A stretch of 64,000 nucleotides of DNA from Psammoneis japonica (GCA_008632985.1 QPGO01000014.1:1-64000); one strand, 5' to 3'. Counted from the first letter of the stretch, positions 38,301 through 50,393 are shown. Notes: generated from the letters alone by a model not told the origin. Translations and numbers: made by a program.

Positions 38301-40780
38301 GCTGCTGCAAAAGCACATGTCCACAAAAGGCATGAGCATGCTGCAACTTTTGCAAAGTTGCTGCATTGGGCCCAAGCACGAGATTTGTGATTTGCTGGTG
38401 GGTGGCAAGAGAGAGAAGCTTCTGTTGCACAACAAGGGCAAGCAGCATGTGTGACTGTGCCTTGTTCAAAGCCAGCATGTTGGCAGCTGTTGTTGCACAA
38501 AGTGTGCACCAGCACTCTGCATCTTGTCATGACTTGTTGTCACATCTCATGCATTTGATTTTTGCGTGGGGTGCTGCAGCATGATGATGCAAGGGAAGCA
38601 AAAGAAAGAATGAGCTGGGCAAAGCTCTGCTCTGAAACACTTCAAGGAAAAGAGAGGTTCAGCAAAAAAGTGGAGGCAACAGCTTTGTTCTTGCTTTTTA
38701 ATGTCAACAAATCCAGCTCAGCTTTGCACCCATCATTTTGCTCTGCCAGTCATTTGAGATTTGGTCTAAAAAACTGCTTGCCTCACAGAGCAAGGATCTG
38801 CCCTTGGTTTCTTTCTGAACAGAGCAATGCAGCAGTTTTGTGGCTGCATGACAGCCAAGGCTCTGCAGCAGATATGACCAGGGTGCAACATTTGGTTTCC
38901 AGGAAGGGCCAACAAGGCAGCAGCAGGAATGTCATGCCAACACAGCTCCCAAAAATTCCCAAAAGACACTTGTCACATGCACTCACTCCCCACCTGTGGA
39001 GAAGGAAAAACAAGCTCATGGTTGCAAAGGGGCAGAAAGTGCACACAAGGGTGGTTGCAAAATGGTGGAAAGTGCACACAAGGCAGCACCAAGCAATGGC
39101 CCACTCTGCAGCTGTCATGAAAGACACCAAGTTGGCTGGCTTGGCCCTGATGGACATGTGTCAAATGAAGCAGGGGAGCCAGGGGGGGTTGATTGAGATC
39201 ATCAGCACACCAGTTGTTTGAGGTTTGTCACAAAATGAGAGAGAATGTGAATTCAGCAAAGTTGCAGAGCTTGCCAAAAGATGGGAAAGCATCAAAACAG
39301 AAGCAGGCATCATCCTTGCTTGAGGCCCAGCCACACTCACAAAGATTGTGTGGGTGGGAGATGGCATGGCTTGGCAAGTCTTGGGATGTGCTCCACAACC
39401 AGCATTGTGCAAAGTGCAGTGACAAACTTTGTGATCATCCAGAGATGACCCAAGCACCAGCTGCATGATGGCCAGCTCACCAGCACTGCAACCTGAGCTT
39501 TCAAAGCACTGCCATTGGCCCTTCCTTCAAAGGCAGGAGTGCAGTGATGCAACAGCATTGCCACCTTTCACAGATTTTGTCATGCCATCTCTTGCTTGCA
39601 CACATCCAAAAAGTCACACCTTTTCTTGGGGTGGTTGTTTGAAACATGGGCTTGCACACAAACTGGTTGTTATTTTGAAACTCAGTGCACAGTGTCTCCT
39701 GGTTGAGGAGAGGTTGTGGAGCCTCATGAGGAGACTCACACAGGCTTGCACAATGCAAAGAATGGCAGGCAGTTGTTGGGCAGGTGGTACAGGTGGCAAG
39801 TGTGTGTGATGGTGCAGAAATGGTGCCAGAGATTTTTGTTGAAAGAAGCAACTGGCATTGCTGTCAAAAATGTGCATGAAAGGAACTTGACAAAACAGCA
39901 TGACAGCCTGCAGTGAGTTCAAAAACTTTGTGGCAGCAGCCTCTGCACAAAAAGGGCAACAAAGTGTGCCCTTGACTTGCCATCTTTTGTCATCATCTCT
40001 CCAGGACAAGAGCCAACAAGGTCTTCTTCTCATTTGAGTAGGGGAGACCATGTGCACTGCTCTGCTCCAATGGAGATCATTGCAATGGCGGCACACAAAG
40101 AAGAGAAGCCCTTCTTGTGCACAGCACACCCAGCCCGTGGCTGTGTCTCTCACAACCAAGTTTTCCGGCTTTAGAAAAAGGTCAGCCGTTTTGCATGTTG
40201 GACACAACAAGAGGCCACGTGGCTTGATTTGCCACATCTTGCAAACATCAAGATCCACAATGGAGCCACCAATCAATTCAACCTCCTGAGAGCATGGCAC
40301 CAGGCTTGCTTGAGAAAGCTCGCTGTGTGTTCTTTGGCTGGTTGGCATGGTGTGCATCATCCTGAAGAAAACAACACCAGACAAGCAGCCACAGAGAGGC
40401 ACAGAAGAAGAAATTGACTGGCTTCTTCCATCCTCTTCACCCACAAGTGCAGACATGGGAGGCAATTTGACGTCTTTTGCGGCAGTGGCTGGCTGGAGGC
40501 AGAAATGATGGTGTGATCGCTGCATGATTTTCTTGAAAGGGGCAGTCCATTTTCAACAAATCTTACATAATGTTTGGATCTCTGCGTTGCCTGCTGTTCA
40601 CCAATCCCTGTTCCCGTCGTTCTGAGCGCTCTGTCGCAGAGGGGAGCCATCGCGGATGAAAAAAATGAGGATTCCGAGTCGTGAGTGAGAGATGAATCCG
40701 CCACCAACGAAAAAGAGCGGGAGATGTGACGTGGCTCAATGCGCATTGGTCGTTTTCTCGCTCTGCCGCCGACCTCACGC
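29350..40780. mobile_element. Large degenerate TpA/CpG-depleted repeat block with internal duplications, unclassified
   Basis: About 40 TpA in 11 kb by hand count; related segments at 29421-29660/31922-32165 and 30140-30490/38397-38730; 117-bp tandem at 29809-30040; 24-bp tandem at 34343-34390. Confidence 0.65.
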
Positions 40781-40837
40781 TATTGCAACGATTACAAGGC
40801 GTAACTACTCAAGCTGTATCGTTGTGTCGTTATCATC

Positions 40838-42330
40838 ATGAGTGTCCCACGGCAGAGGCCAGTTGCCAAAACGAGCCAACCAAAGAGCAGCAGTAGTAGC
40901 AACGACGACAGCCAAGACAAGACGAACAAAAATAATTCATATGATCAAGGCACGAATTTTGTAGAAGCCGGCATTGAAGCCAACCGGTACTTTTTCGCCT
41001 TGATTTGTGCAGCACCATTTTTGTCCGGTACTGTTGGCCTACTTGACCAGTGAGGACATGGCAGTGCAATATCCTGGAGTGGCACAAACCCCTTGTCGTC
41101 GGCGTTGACATGCATCACAAGTTCGCCTCTGGACTGCGCCACAAAAGTGCTTCAAGCAGGCGTATCGGTAATGACACCGACGCTCGAGGGAACGACCTTT
41201 GTGTTGAGCTTTATGGGTGTTGCACTCTTGTTGGAATTGCTGCTCCCCGGCAAAATTGAAAAGGGTCCCGAAACGCTCACGGGTCACGTTCCCCACTACG
41301 TGGACAATGGTCTCTTGCACTGTTTTGTGTATACTGCACTCTTTGTGGGAGGGTCGAATTTGGGTGTTGCCAATTTGTATGATTTTGGAATCATGTACGA
41401 TGTGTTTCCCGGCGCTTTGGCTTTTTTGAATATTTTTGGTATGGTCTTTTGCGTCTTTTTGATGCTCAAGGGACTCTACTTTCCTTCCACTCAAGATGCC
41501 GGCAGCAGTGGCAGTTGGGTCAAGGACTATCTGTGGGGCACTGAACTCTATCCACGCTTGCTCGGGGGTCGTCTCGATCTAAAACGATTCATCAATTGCC
41601 GCTTCAGCATGACCTTTTGGCAGTTGTGCGGATGGAGTTTCTGTTATCGGTCCTATATCTTGCATGGCGAACAATTGGATTACGGACTGTTCTTTGGGGC
41701 GCTTTCTCAGTACCTGTATTTGGTCAAGTTCTTTCTCTGGGAAATGGGTTACATGAGGTCCATTGATATTATTGTCGACCGAGCCGGATTTGAGATTCAG
41801 TGGGGATGTTTGGTCTGGGTGCCGGCGGTTTACACGTTGCACTCGCGCTTTTTGGTCCAATACCCCTCGCAGTATTCGTTTGGTGTTGCTGCCACGTTGT
41901 TTGTGATAAGCATGGCCGGTGTTGTCTTTAACTATTTGGCAGATCGCGAACGTGATGTCTTTCGAGCTTCGCAAGGCAAGTTCAAAGTGTGGGGAAAAGA
42001 GCCCAAATTCATTAAAGCCCAGTACACCATCGTTGATCCCAAGACTGGTCAAAAGACCACCAAAACCAGTCTCTTGTTGGCGTCCGGATTTTGGGGCATG
42101 GCTCGTCATTTCCAGTACATGTTTGAATTGACCGCTGCCTGGTCGTGGTGTCTCTTGTCCAATCCATTCCACAATGGTGTCTTGCCAATGTTTTATGCGG
42201 CGTTTTTGACTTACCTTCTGGTTGACCGCGCCGATCGCGATTCCAAAAAGTGTCACTTGAAATATGGAAAGTATTATGAAGAGTACTGTCAATTGGTGCC
42301 TTATAAAATTGTCCAGGAGTTTACTAAAGA
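40838..42330 (+). CDS. DHCR7: 7-dehydrocholesterol reductase (ERG4/ERG24 family, DWF5-like); apparent 1-nt frameshifts near 41025, 41090 and 42312
   Basis: WGTELYPR, FINCRFSM, WEMGYMRSIDIIVDRAGF, LLASGFWGMARHFQY, RADRDSKKCHLKYG..YCQLVPYKI; the expected ending VPGVY* lies in the shifted frame. Confidence 0.85.
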
Positions 42331-42855
42331 GAATGCTGGAGAAGTAAGTAACGATTAACTACGTAGTTAGAAGAACCATCCTGTTTCTCATTTCTCAATC
42401 TAACGCCATTGTCAACATATTCCAATGATGTAAGGTTATCTGCTAGTCTGTATTGAGAGAGAAGAGAGAAGAAGCGAGAGAGTAATTTTGATACTGGTAG
42501 TTGCTAGAACTAGTCGCAGAGCTTGCGCCGACACAGGCTTCGGTAGTAGACGCCCAGTCGGGAGCATATACCGCCATACACCACCCCCGACCTCTTGCTA
42601 GTGGCAGTGCTAGTAGCAGCTTTCTTCTTTTTTTGGCCAGCATACTTTTGGTTTCGAGTCTCTCATAAGCGCTGCAATCCTGTTTGTAGTAGCAACGGGC
42701 GACACATCCAGCAGCAACGATCATGTTGAATGGCGTCAGCGCCGAGCAAAAAAATCACAGGCTCAGAATGTGCAGATAACTCATGCAACGCATCAAATGA
42801 CGAGAGAGCCTTCACTCCGACGTCTGTCATTTCATGTGCAATTATAGTTCGAAAA

Positions 42856-43482
42856 TTATTTGTACTTGACGCCTCCCATAAAAGTTCTTGGATCGGGCAC
42901 CGCCCCGTTAAAGTCAGCATCGCGGAAATCCATTCCAGGATTCTCTTCCTGAAACCGTTCCAACATCAATTGCTTTTGTATTTCTTGTTCCAAGATCGGA
43001 TTGCTCGCTTGCTGCAGTTGCTTTGCTCCTCGCAAGACTTGTGTCCAGGTTTCACCACGATGGGCCTTGATCAGTATAATGTTTAAAAGACCGTCATCGT
43101 CTAGATACCATGAGGACTCGGTCGTGTCGACTTTTCCAAACGTATCCTCGTCTAGAAAATACGCATCATGTCCTTTGATACCCAACTTCAGATGATGTGA
43201 CGTGATTTGACAATCAATCTGAGAGGCTTGCACCTTATCAGGCGCCTTTACATACAAGGTGACGTCTTCCAGAGTTTGCTCCCACTCGTATATTGTCTGC
43301 CCATTGTATTCAAATATATATCGACCCTCAACAGACGACGACTTTTTCGTAACGCAGCCTTGCGGTGTTGTCAACTCTGCCGCCTTCGTAGCTGGGGACA
43401 CGGTTTTTTCTGCAAAGTGTTCTTCCTCATCACTTTCGTCATCCAAATGATCAAATTTCGAATAATCAGACAGTTTACTCAT
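42856..43482 (-). CDS. NudC/CS-domain protein (NudCD2-like)
   Basis: YEWEQTLEDV, VDTTESSW, LMLERFQEENPGMDFRDADFNGAVPDPRTFMGG. Confidence 0.88.
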   Translation of the reverse strand: MSKLSDYSKFDHLDDESDEEEHFAEKTVSPATKAAELTTPQGCVTKKSSSVEGRYIFEYNGQTIYEWEQTLEDVTLYVKAPDKVQASQIDCQITSHHLKLGIKGHDAYFLDEDTFGKVDTTESSWYLDDDGLLNIILIKAHRGETWTQVLRGAKQLQQASNPILEQEIQKQLMLERFQEENPGMDFRDADFNGAVPDPRTFMGGVKYK

Positions 43483-43649
43483 CCTTGGCCTAGAAAACTT
43501 TATTCCAACGGAGATAAGAAACAATGATGGGTGCGGCTTGGTTCGGCTATCTTCGTTCTATTCTGAAAAGTTCTGATGAAAGCTATCGCATGAATCTGTG
43601 GTGGTCGCGACTTTCCACCGTGAGCGCGCAGAGGTGGAGAGCACTAACT

Positions 43650-44757
43650 CGAGAATCATCATGATGTTGAGAATCATCATGATGTTGAGAATCATCATCG
43701 AGACATGGGCACACACCTCAAAGGCACTGTGTTTGGCTGGAGATGTGCACCACACTGGTGCCTTACTTTGTGCACAGAAATGGTGCACATGGAGCATGAT
43801 TGCATGTGAGAAAGTGCACCAGCAGGGCGACCCTTTCTGCAATGTTGGCGTCACTCTCGAAGTTGTGCACAGCCACTCTTTGTGATTTTTCATTGAAGTG
43901 CAAACACTCACTTGTGTTTGTGTTGCCATTTTTGCTGATGCCATCCCCAACACTTGCTGACATCATTGCTGTTCCTCGCTCCCCGAGTGATCGAGCCATC
44001 TGGTGCTCCAGCTGAGGTGTGCTCCCCTCAATCGCCGAACTGCTTTTCTCTTTGTCGTGCTTCACAATTTTTGGAAACTCAAAAATCTTTGATTTTCCTC
44101 TCACAGAGAGCAGGGCAGAGAGCTGCTGCTCTGCCCTTGCCATGCAGGGCAAAGCACCCTGCCTGGCTGTTTTGTGTGCTCAGTGTTTTTGAGGCGACCC
44201 ATTGTGTGGGGGGCAAACAGCTTGCAGCTTGGTTTTCACTCATCCAATCTGGTTCTGTGTGTGGCTTGTATGCACCATCAGCATGCACTGGCACTTGTCA
44301 ACACCAGCAGTGCTTGTCATCAACATGCGCCCAAGTTGCCCAAGCACGTGCGCCCAAATGTGTGCCTGCTGCAATGTCGCCAGTTGTTGGCACAATGGAA
44401 ATGAGCAGGATTGGCAATTGAAACAAGTTGGGTTGGCAAGTCACCTTTGTTCACACATCAACACACAACAAGCACGTGTTAACAATGAATTACAAGGTGT
44501 TGTCATTACATCTGGGGATGTGCATTTTTTTTTTTTGTGGCAAACACTCAACGTCTGTCCTGGCAGGTTTCGCGCGCATGACGACGTTTTCACGCGAGAG
44601 AGCTGGGATGCAGTCAGCCGCGCGAGTCGCGATCCCATGGCGGAACTTCAACTTGCTGGAATCTCCCTCCGACCTCCGACAGACAGCCAAAAACAAAGAA
44701 CAAGGCAGGAACAAGGAACAAGATTTTTCGTTGAGTGGAGGCAGCAGGCAGCAGGCA
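43650..44757. mobile_element. Short TpA-depleted repeat island between divergent genes, starting with an 18-bp tandem repeat
   Basis: About 5 TpA in 1.1 kb; GAGAATCATCATGATGTT repeated about 2.6 times at 43651-43698. Confidence 0.45.
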
Positions 44758-44956
44758 GTAGGCCGCATCCGTTCACTTTCTCTGCTGTAGGACTATTTAT
44801 TGTATTCGACAAGGAGTGCAGCGAATCGAAGTTCAATAGGCATTTTTTGCGGCCGCCGCTCGTTACTGTATTGTACGCAGCTGCTAGTGTTTTGGGGTTT
44901 TGGGTTTTGTCATTTGGCTAATGATGAGGACAAAATACCGCCAAAACAGAAAGCGT

Positions 44957-46905
44957 ATGCGGTGGCTTCGTGGGTTTTCATGCTGCTGCATTTTTCTCCT
45001 CACAGGGAATAGTGATGCCCTACTTTCTGGACCACCCAACGATTCGAGATTATGCCGACAAGGAAGATTTCGTCGAATGCAGTTGTTCGCTACCTTCGAA
45101 AATGATTTAGAAACGCAACGAGAAGCGTCCTTGAAAACGCCAAAATCGCGCTCAAATACATGTATCAGAACGAACAGAATCGTAACTCGAAGAAATATAA
45201 TGATTGGTGCCGCTGCTACGGCTGCCCTGTTTCCAATGATTGCATCAGCTTCAGACAAGGATTGCTTGGAAGATATTGTGCTGGGTGACGGTCATTGGAC
45301 TCCATGCAAAGAGGGTTCTATTGACACTTCCGTTGCAGACGCGGTTCCACCTACCTTTGCCACGTATGCAACAAGATTCTGCTGCGCTACGATGAAGGCG
45401 TCTCATCGTGGTGGGCCAAGAGCGTGCGTTCCAACTCTCTCTTGTCGAATGACGAACAGCAAAGCAGGCTGGGGCGATCTTTTGGTTCTCTGGCCATGTC
45501 GGTCCAGGCGGCTCTAGGATCATTCATGTTGCAAGGTGAAAATGTGAGAAAGCAGTCATCCGAGTTAGCCAAACTGTTTGAAGAAAAATACGGAAGCCAA
45601 AAGGATGCACGTAGACAGATCGGTTTGCTATTTGCAATGCTTCCTGCTGAATACCAACCTTTGTCATTCATGGAGAAATCTGCAACAAAAACCATGGATA
45701 GCGCATTGGAACAAAGTGACGATGGAGGCATACCCGCGAGCTCAGAACTACCACCTCAAATGTCTACCGATTTCGCTACGCTACTACCAATGAATTATGA
45801 GGTTGCCCATGTGAAAGAGACCAACTCATATGCTATTTCTCCCACACTTAGACTCTTTGAAGTGGGTGTAGATGACGAGTTTGGACAAGCTGCTATCGCT
45901 ACTGCGTTTGGTCCTCTCTCTAGTACTCCCCTCTCACGAGAAAAACCGGACTTTTCCGCTGATGTCTACACGCTGTTTGGAATTAGTGGTGCGACTGGTT
46001 GTGCCTTGACTCACTCCGTTGTTATCCCTTTGGACGTAGTCAAGACTCGGATGCAAACGGACCCCGGACAGTATAACGGCATTTTGGATGGAGCGACAAC
46101 CATTGTCAGGGAGGAGGGACTAGAAGGCCTCTTGTTGGGTGCGCAAGCAACTGTCGCGGGGTATTTGTGGTACGGCCTGAGCGTATATCCAAGTTACACG
46201 TTTTTCAAACGCTTTGTTGGCAACACCCTAATGTCGCCAGAGGTAGCTACAGCACATGCTAATGATGTAGCGCTAATCGCAGGAGCAATTGCTGCCGTAA
46301 TTGCAAGCCTCGGTCTTACTCCGTTGGAAGCCTGTCGAATACGAGCCGTCGCAGATCCAGACAAATATCGACCACTTGGTCTGCTCGGTACATTCCGAGA
46401 TATTGCAGATGAAGATCCTAGTCTGGGTTGGAAAGCTCTCTATGCCGGGTTGCCATCGTTGATGACGCGTCAAGTAATTTTTGGTTCCGTCAAGTTCTTG
46501 GCTTTTGAACGGGCGTGTGAGGCCATCTTTTTGTTTTTCCCCGTCCTTCGTGATGCCGTCTGGACATCCTTGTCTGTCAGCTTGGTAGCTGGAGGCTTTT
46601 CAGGGGCATTGTCCAGCGTAGTCAGTCAACCAGCAGACTCTGTCTTGACGTTTGTGGCACAAAAAAGTGATGCTGCCAGTCAGTCGTCTGGCACGACAAT
46701 GGGTGTCATTGAAGGATGCCGCATCATGATGGAAGAGGAAGGTGTCGGATCCCTCTTTCGTGGATTGGGGAGCCGATGTGTGTGGGCGGGAAGCATTATC
46801 GCAGGGCAATTTCTTCTGTACGATATCTTCCGAACATACTTTGGTGTGAGTGGAGACGATCTGTCTCAAGTTTTTCAGTTGGTGATTCCGTCAAGCACGA
46901 CATAG
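44957..46905 (+). CDS. Mitochondrial carrier family protein (phosphate-carrier-like) with long N-terminal extension; apparent 1-nt frameshift near 45380
   Basis: THSVVIPLDVVKTRMQ, TPLEACRIR, SQPADSVLT carrier signatures; shifting frame joins ..YATRF to LRYDEGVSSWW. Confidence 0.85.
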
Positions 46906-47401
46906 CGAAAACCCTACTCTAGGAAATTGTTCCGGCAGCTTATTCCTGTGGAATCCCATGTCATAATGCGTCAGGGATACAGCTCTCCTCTTTCTACAGA
47001 GCAAAGAGAACCACAATGTACAGGTAAAAGATACGAAACGCTTTAATGCAAAATTGCGCTCTTGTCGAATCCTTCATTCGTTGAGGCTACAATAGAATAG
47101 CGACGCGACTTCGCACTTGTGAAGCGCTTGGTCCTCTGGAATTTTTGGTCAGTACAGTCGGGGGAGTCGTCCGTTGCGAAGATGCCTGAGCACTCTTTCT
47201 TTTTGTCCAGCCAACGCATTTTCATTACTGGAACCTACAGCCAGCTCAGACTTCACTTCAAGGCACACAGCACAAACCCAAAACAACAACACTCACCACG
47301 TCATTTCTCACTTTTTCTCACTTTGGCGCAACTTGAAACTCTTACCGGTGAAGTTAGAAAGTGTGCTACATCACCTCTCACCTCTATCTCGTTTTTGCAC
47401 C

Positions 47402-48382
47402 ATGACAGCCCAAACGCTAGTAGTAGAGCAGACCCATGAAGACCAGGTCCGCACTGATGATTCGCCCGTGGAAGACGTAGACTACGTTCCTGCGGCTAAA
47501 GATGAGAAAGTATGCAAAGAAATGGTAGCTGAGCTTTCTCCCGACGAGCTGGAACACGCTGCTCGGTCGTCGTATCGCTACTTTGTTGCCTCGGCATTCA
47601 AGACGAACGAATCACACTGTACGCCAGAAGAACGTGAGCGCCACGCTATTGCAATGGCTCGTAGGCACTTGGTTGCCGAAAAGGGAGACGTCGAGTCTGC
47701 CAAGAAGAAGCTCAAGGCGGCGATTGCCTATCGTAAAAAGGTAGACGTGGATGGAATCCGTCGCTGTTTCTATGACCTTGAGAATGAAGAGACCAAGGAG
47801 AAGTACGCAGAGTACCGCAAGCACTTGGAAAATATTGCTTCTCAAAAGTGCAGGTATGTTCAAGGCTTTGACAAGAAAGGCCGTGCTCTCTACATTGCGG
47901 AACCCCGTTTAGACAACTTTGATGAGGGAATGTGGGTGATCAAGCATTGCGTCTACACCTTGGAGCGAGCCTTGGCCACCAGTGAACGCAGCACCGGTGG
48001 GACGGAAGAGAAGGTAATTGTCGTCTTCAATTACAACGGTTACGGATACGCAAACAACAGTCCACTCTCTCTCGCAAAGGAATTGATGACTGTCCTTCGT
48101 GATTTCTACCCGGAACGAATGGATCACGTTTTTCTCGTGGATGCACCGTTGGTATTCCGGGTGTTTTACAAAGTCGTTTATCCTTTCATTGATAAGATCA
48201 CCCGAAAGAAGGTGAAGTTTGTGACCGGGGAGGAACAGAGGAAGCGAGTCCTATCCGAGCATATTGATGATAAGGAGGCCGCGTCTTGGATGTTTGCAAG
48301 TGGTACCAAGAACGCGCCTCTCGATGTCACGGAGTACTTGTACAATATTCCTTATGACCACGCCTTTGGCGAAGACGCTTAG
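47402..48382 (+). CDS. CRAL-TRIO (Sec14-like) lipid-binding protein
   Basis: RHLVAEKGDV, GFDKKGRAL, YTLERA, DFYPERMDHVFLVDAPLVFRVFYKVVYPFIDKITRKKVKFV. Confidence 0.88.
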   Translation: MTAQTLVVEQTHEDQVRTDDSPVEDVDYVPAAKDEKVCKEMVAELSPDELEHAARSSYRYFVASAFKTNESHCTPEERERHAIAMARRHLVAEKGDVESAKKKLKAAIAYRKKVDVDGIRRCFYDLENEETKEKYAEYRKHLENIASQKCRYVQGFDKKGRALYIAEPRLDNFDEGMWVIKHCVYTLERALATSERSTGGTEEKVIVVFNYNGYGYANNSPLSLAKELMTVLRDFYPERMDHVFLVDAPLVFRVFYKVVYPFIDKITRKKVKFVTGEEQRKRVLSEHIDDKEAASWMFASGTKNAPLDVTEYLYNIPYDHAFGEDA

Positions 48383-48468
48383 AAATCAGGCTACACCAAT
48401 TGCCAATAATACTTGCTTATTTAGTCTACACAGAACAATAGTTCCACGTGAAACAACTACACTGTGAT

Positions 48469-49881
48469 TTAGGTTTCTGTCGCTTTTAAACGTTTCGACT
48501 TGGGCTCGTCTTGATCTTTATGGCTGGCTACATCAAGTCGTGGAACATCTGCTACTTGTTGTGGCAGGGTGAAGCTCACGCAGAGCATGTTCTTCTTGGG
48601 TGACACATTCCGCACAACATGAATCGAAACATTGTGTTGCGTCTTATCCAGTGTACAAGCAAGGGCTTTTGAGCAGCGGTCCATGGCATCCGTTTGCGCC
48701 TGTGGCACCTCCTTCTCCCCAAAGCAATAAACGTGAATCCGTGGAGGCCGCGTCTTTGCCAATGGACAAGACCGAAAGGCGTCGAGAAATTCGGGAGCAA
48801 TGGCAGGCAAGTTCATAATGACATGATCGTACTGTATGCCTCTCCTATCCAAGTCATGAATGAAAGCTCGTCCGTCCATATTGTATGTGTACAAGTCTTG
48901 ACACTTGTTCTTGTTTGAGTTGACATTGAGATAGTGGTATGAGCTTGGGTTCAGATCATTGGCATGCACCACAAGCTTGCCTTTATGCACAGTGGGTGGT
49001 GCCTTGCTTTTCTTTTTCTTGACATGAACGACTGAACTAGTTAGAGGTACAGCGAATGGGCCCACACCCGCCATCACATCGGCAACTACAATTGGCGATT
49101 CGTCGTCTTTTTGTTCACTCTGGATCAACCGTACCAATCGTCTGTGCTCAAATCCCAAGCGTGAGTTCCAATACACTCTTCTAAAGTCCAGTTCAAAAGT
49201 GCATTTCTCCTCCCTAACTTGAACGATACTATTCCATGTTTTGCTTCCATCGTTGCTTCCTCCTGCAATGCATTCCATTTCAAAGGTGCGAAACTCGTTT
49301 TCTATCGACCCAATCTTGTTCACAACGGTGGAGATTTGAGGCTTGTTCTTGTCGAGAATCACCTTGCCAACAATATACTTGAAAGGCAAGACCTCTTCTC
49401 GTAAATTGACATGAGCTAAATGACCAATTATTTCAAATGCACATGGCACTTCCGTTTCATGGGGTAATATACTTTTCAATACCTCTTCGGCAGACCAATC
49501 CTCGTAATTTCTTGAAATATTATAAGTGCATTTCGATATGCTTGGATCTTGCAAGAGTGTAGCTATAGCAGGTTCCTTGTAAATATCATTACAATCAGTT
49601 TGATCCGCTGCTTTCTGTTTCAACACCAGGATTCGAGAGCTACTTTGACTCGGGCTTGCATAAACATTCTTGATTCTAGGAATATGCAACAGCAAGTCTG
49701 TCAGTGAATTTCGCAATTCTGCCGTACGTCCAGCCGGTATGATCAATGCACAATAAGTTTCTTGCGATTCAAATGCCTTGAGGTCTGGGAACGAAGAAAC
49801 TGGATAAACAAAGCCGGGATCTATGGGTGGATCCAACGCTATCAGCAAATCAGCGACTTTTTCCTTTTCTGTCGTTGACAT
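48469..49881 (-). CDS. TRM5: tRNA (guanine-N1)-methyltransferase Trm5
   Basis: IGHLAHVNLR, VVNKIGSIENEFRTF, VYWNSRLGFEH, DVMAGVGPFAVP, ANDLNP, HVIMNLP, VRNVSPKK. Confidence 0.92.
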   Translation of the reverse strand: MSTTEKEKVADLLIALDPPIDPGFVYPVSSFPDLKAFESQETYCALIIPAGRTAELRNSLTDLLLHIPRIKNVYASPSQSSSRILVLKQKAADQTDCNDIYKEPAIATLLQDPSISKCTYNISRNYEDWSAEEVLKSILPHETEVPCAFEIIGHLAHVNLREEVLPFKYIVGKVILDKNKPQISTVVNKIGSIENEFRTFEMECIAGGSNDGSKTWNSIVQVREEKCTFELDFRRVYWNSRLGFEHRRLVRLIQSEQKDDESPIVVADVMAGVGPFAVPLTSSVVHVKKKKSKAPPTVHKGKLVVHANDLNPSSYHYLNVNSNKNKCQDLYTYNMDGRAFIHDLDRRGIQYDHVIMNLPAIAPEFLDAFRSCPLAKTRPPRIHVYCFGEKEVPQAQTDAMDRCSKALACTLDKTQHNVSIHVVRNVSPKKNMLCVSFTLPQQVADVPRLDVASHKDQDEPKSKRLKATET

Positions 49882-50393
49882 GCCGTGTGAATTTCTCTCC
49901 TACTAAGGTTTCGCAACAGATTTGAAGCTCACGGTTTCCAAAATCTACAAACAAAGAGAACTAACGATGTTTTAGGGTGTTTGTAGCCATCGATCTTCCA
50001 CCTCCACCGTCCACCGCCATTGTGCGATGTGCGACGTGCTGTCGGTCTTATCGCGCGCTTCGCGCAACTTGAAGTAGTCGAAGCGATCGATCTCATCTAC
50101 TCGACTGCGTGCAAGCAAGAAGCAAGATTAAAGAAGCGAGAAGAGAACTCCTGGGCCCTGTCTCTAGCTAGTCTTGTCGATGATATTAACAGTGTACTTG
50201 CATGGATGAGTGTCAGTTTGTTGTATTTGGATTTGTAGATACTGCAATGGCTGGTGGGCTTCTCGTTTTGCAAACCGATCCGACTGAAAGTCGCGGATGC
50301 CGCGTGCCATGGATGCACACTTCCAGTTAAAACAACTCCTTGCGTTGCTTTACTTGCTAATCGTCAACTAACTAAACGCTGCATGCTGAACCC

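Noticed and set aside
29350..40560. Dense overlapping Cys/His-rich ORFs in all six frames (also at 4.5-8.3 and 53-62.9 kb)
   Set aside because: A by-product of TpA loss: TAA/TAG stops are erased and TG/CA enrichment inflates Cys/His. These are not genes.
43651..43698. Short direct repeats (also 34343-34390) as CRISPR-like arrays
   Set aside because: Only 2-3 adjacent units without spacers, in a eukaryotic context; simple slippage duplications.
8900..48382. Lipid-metabolism gene cluster (patatin, DGAT2, DHCR7, CRAL-TRIO)
   Set aside because: The genes are dispersed among unrelated housekeeping genes, with no evidence of functional clustering.
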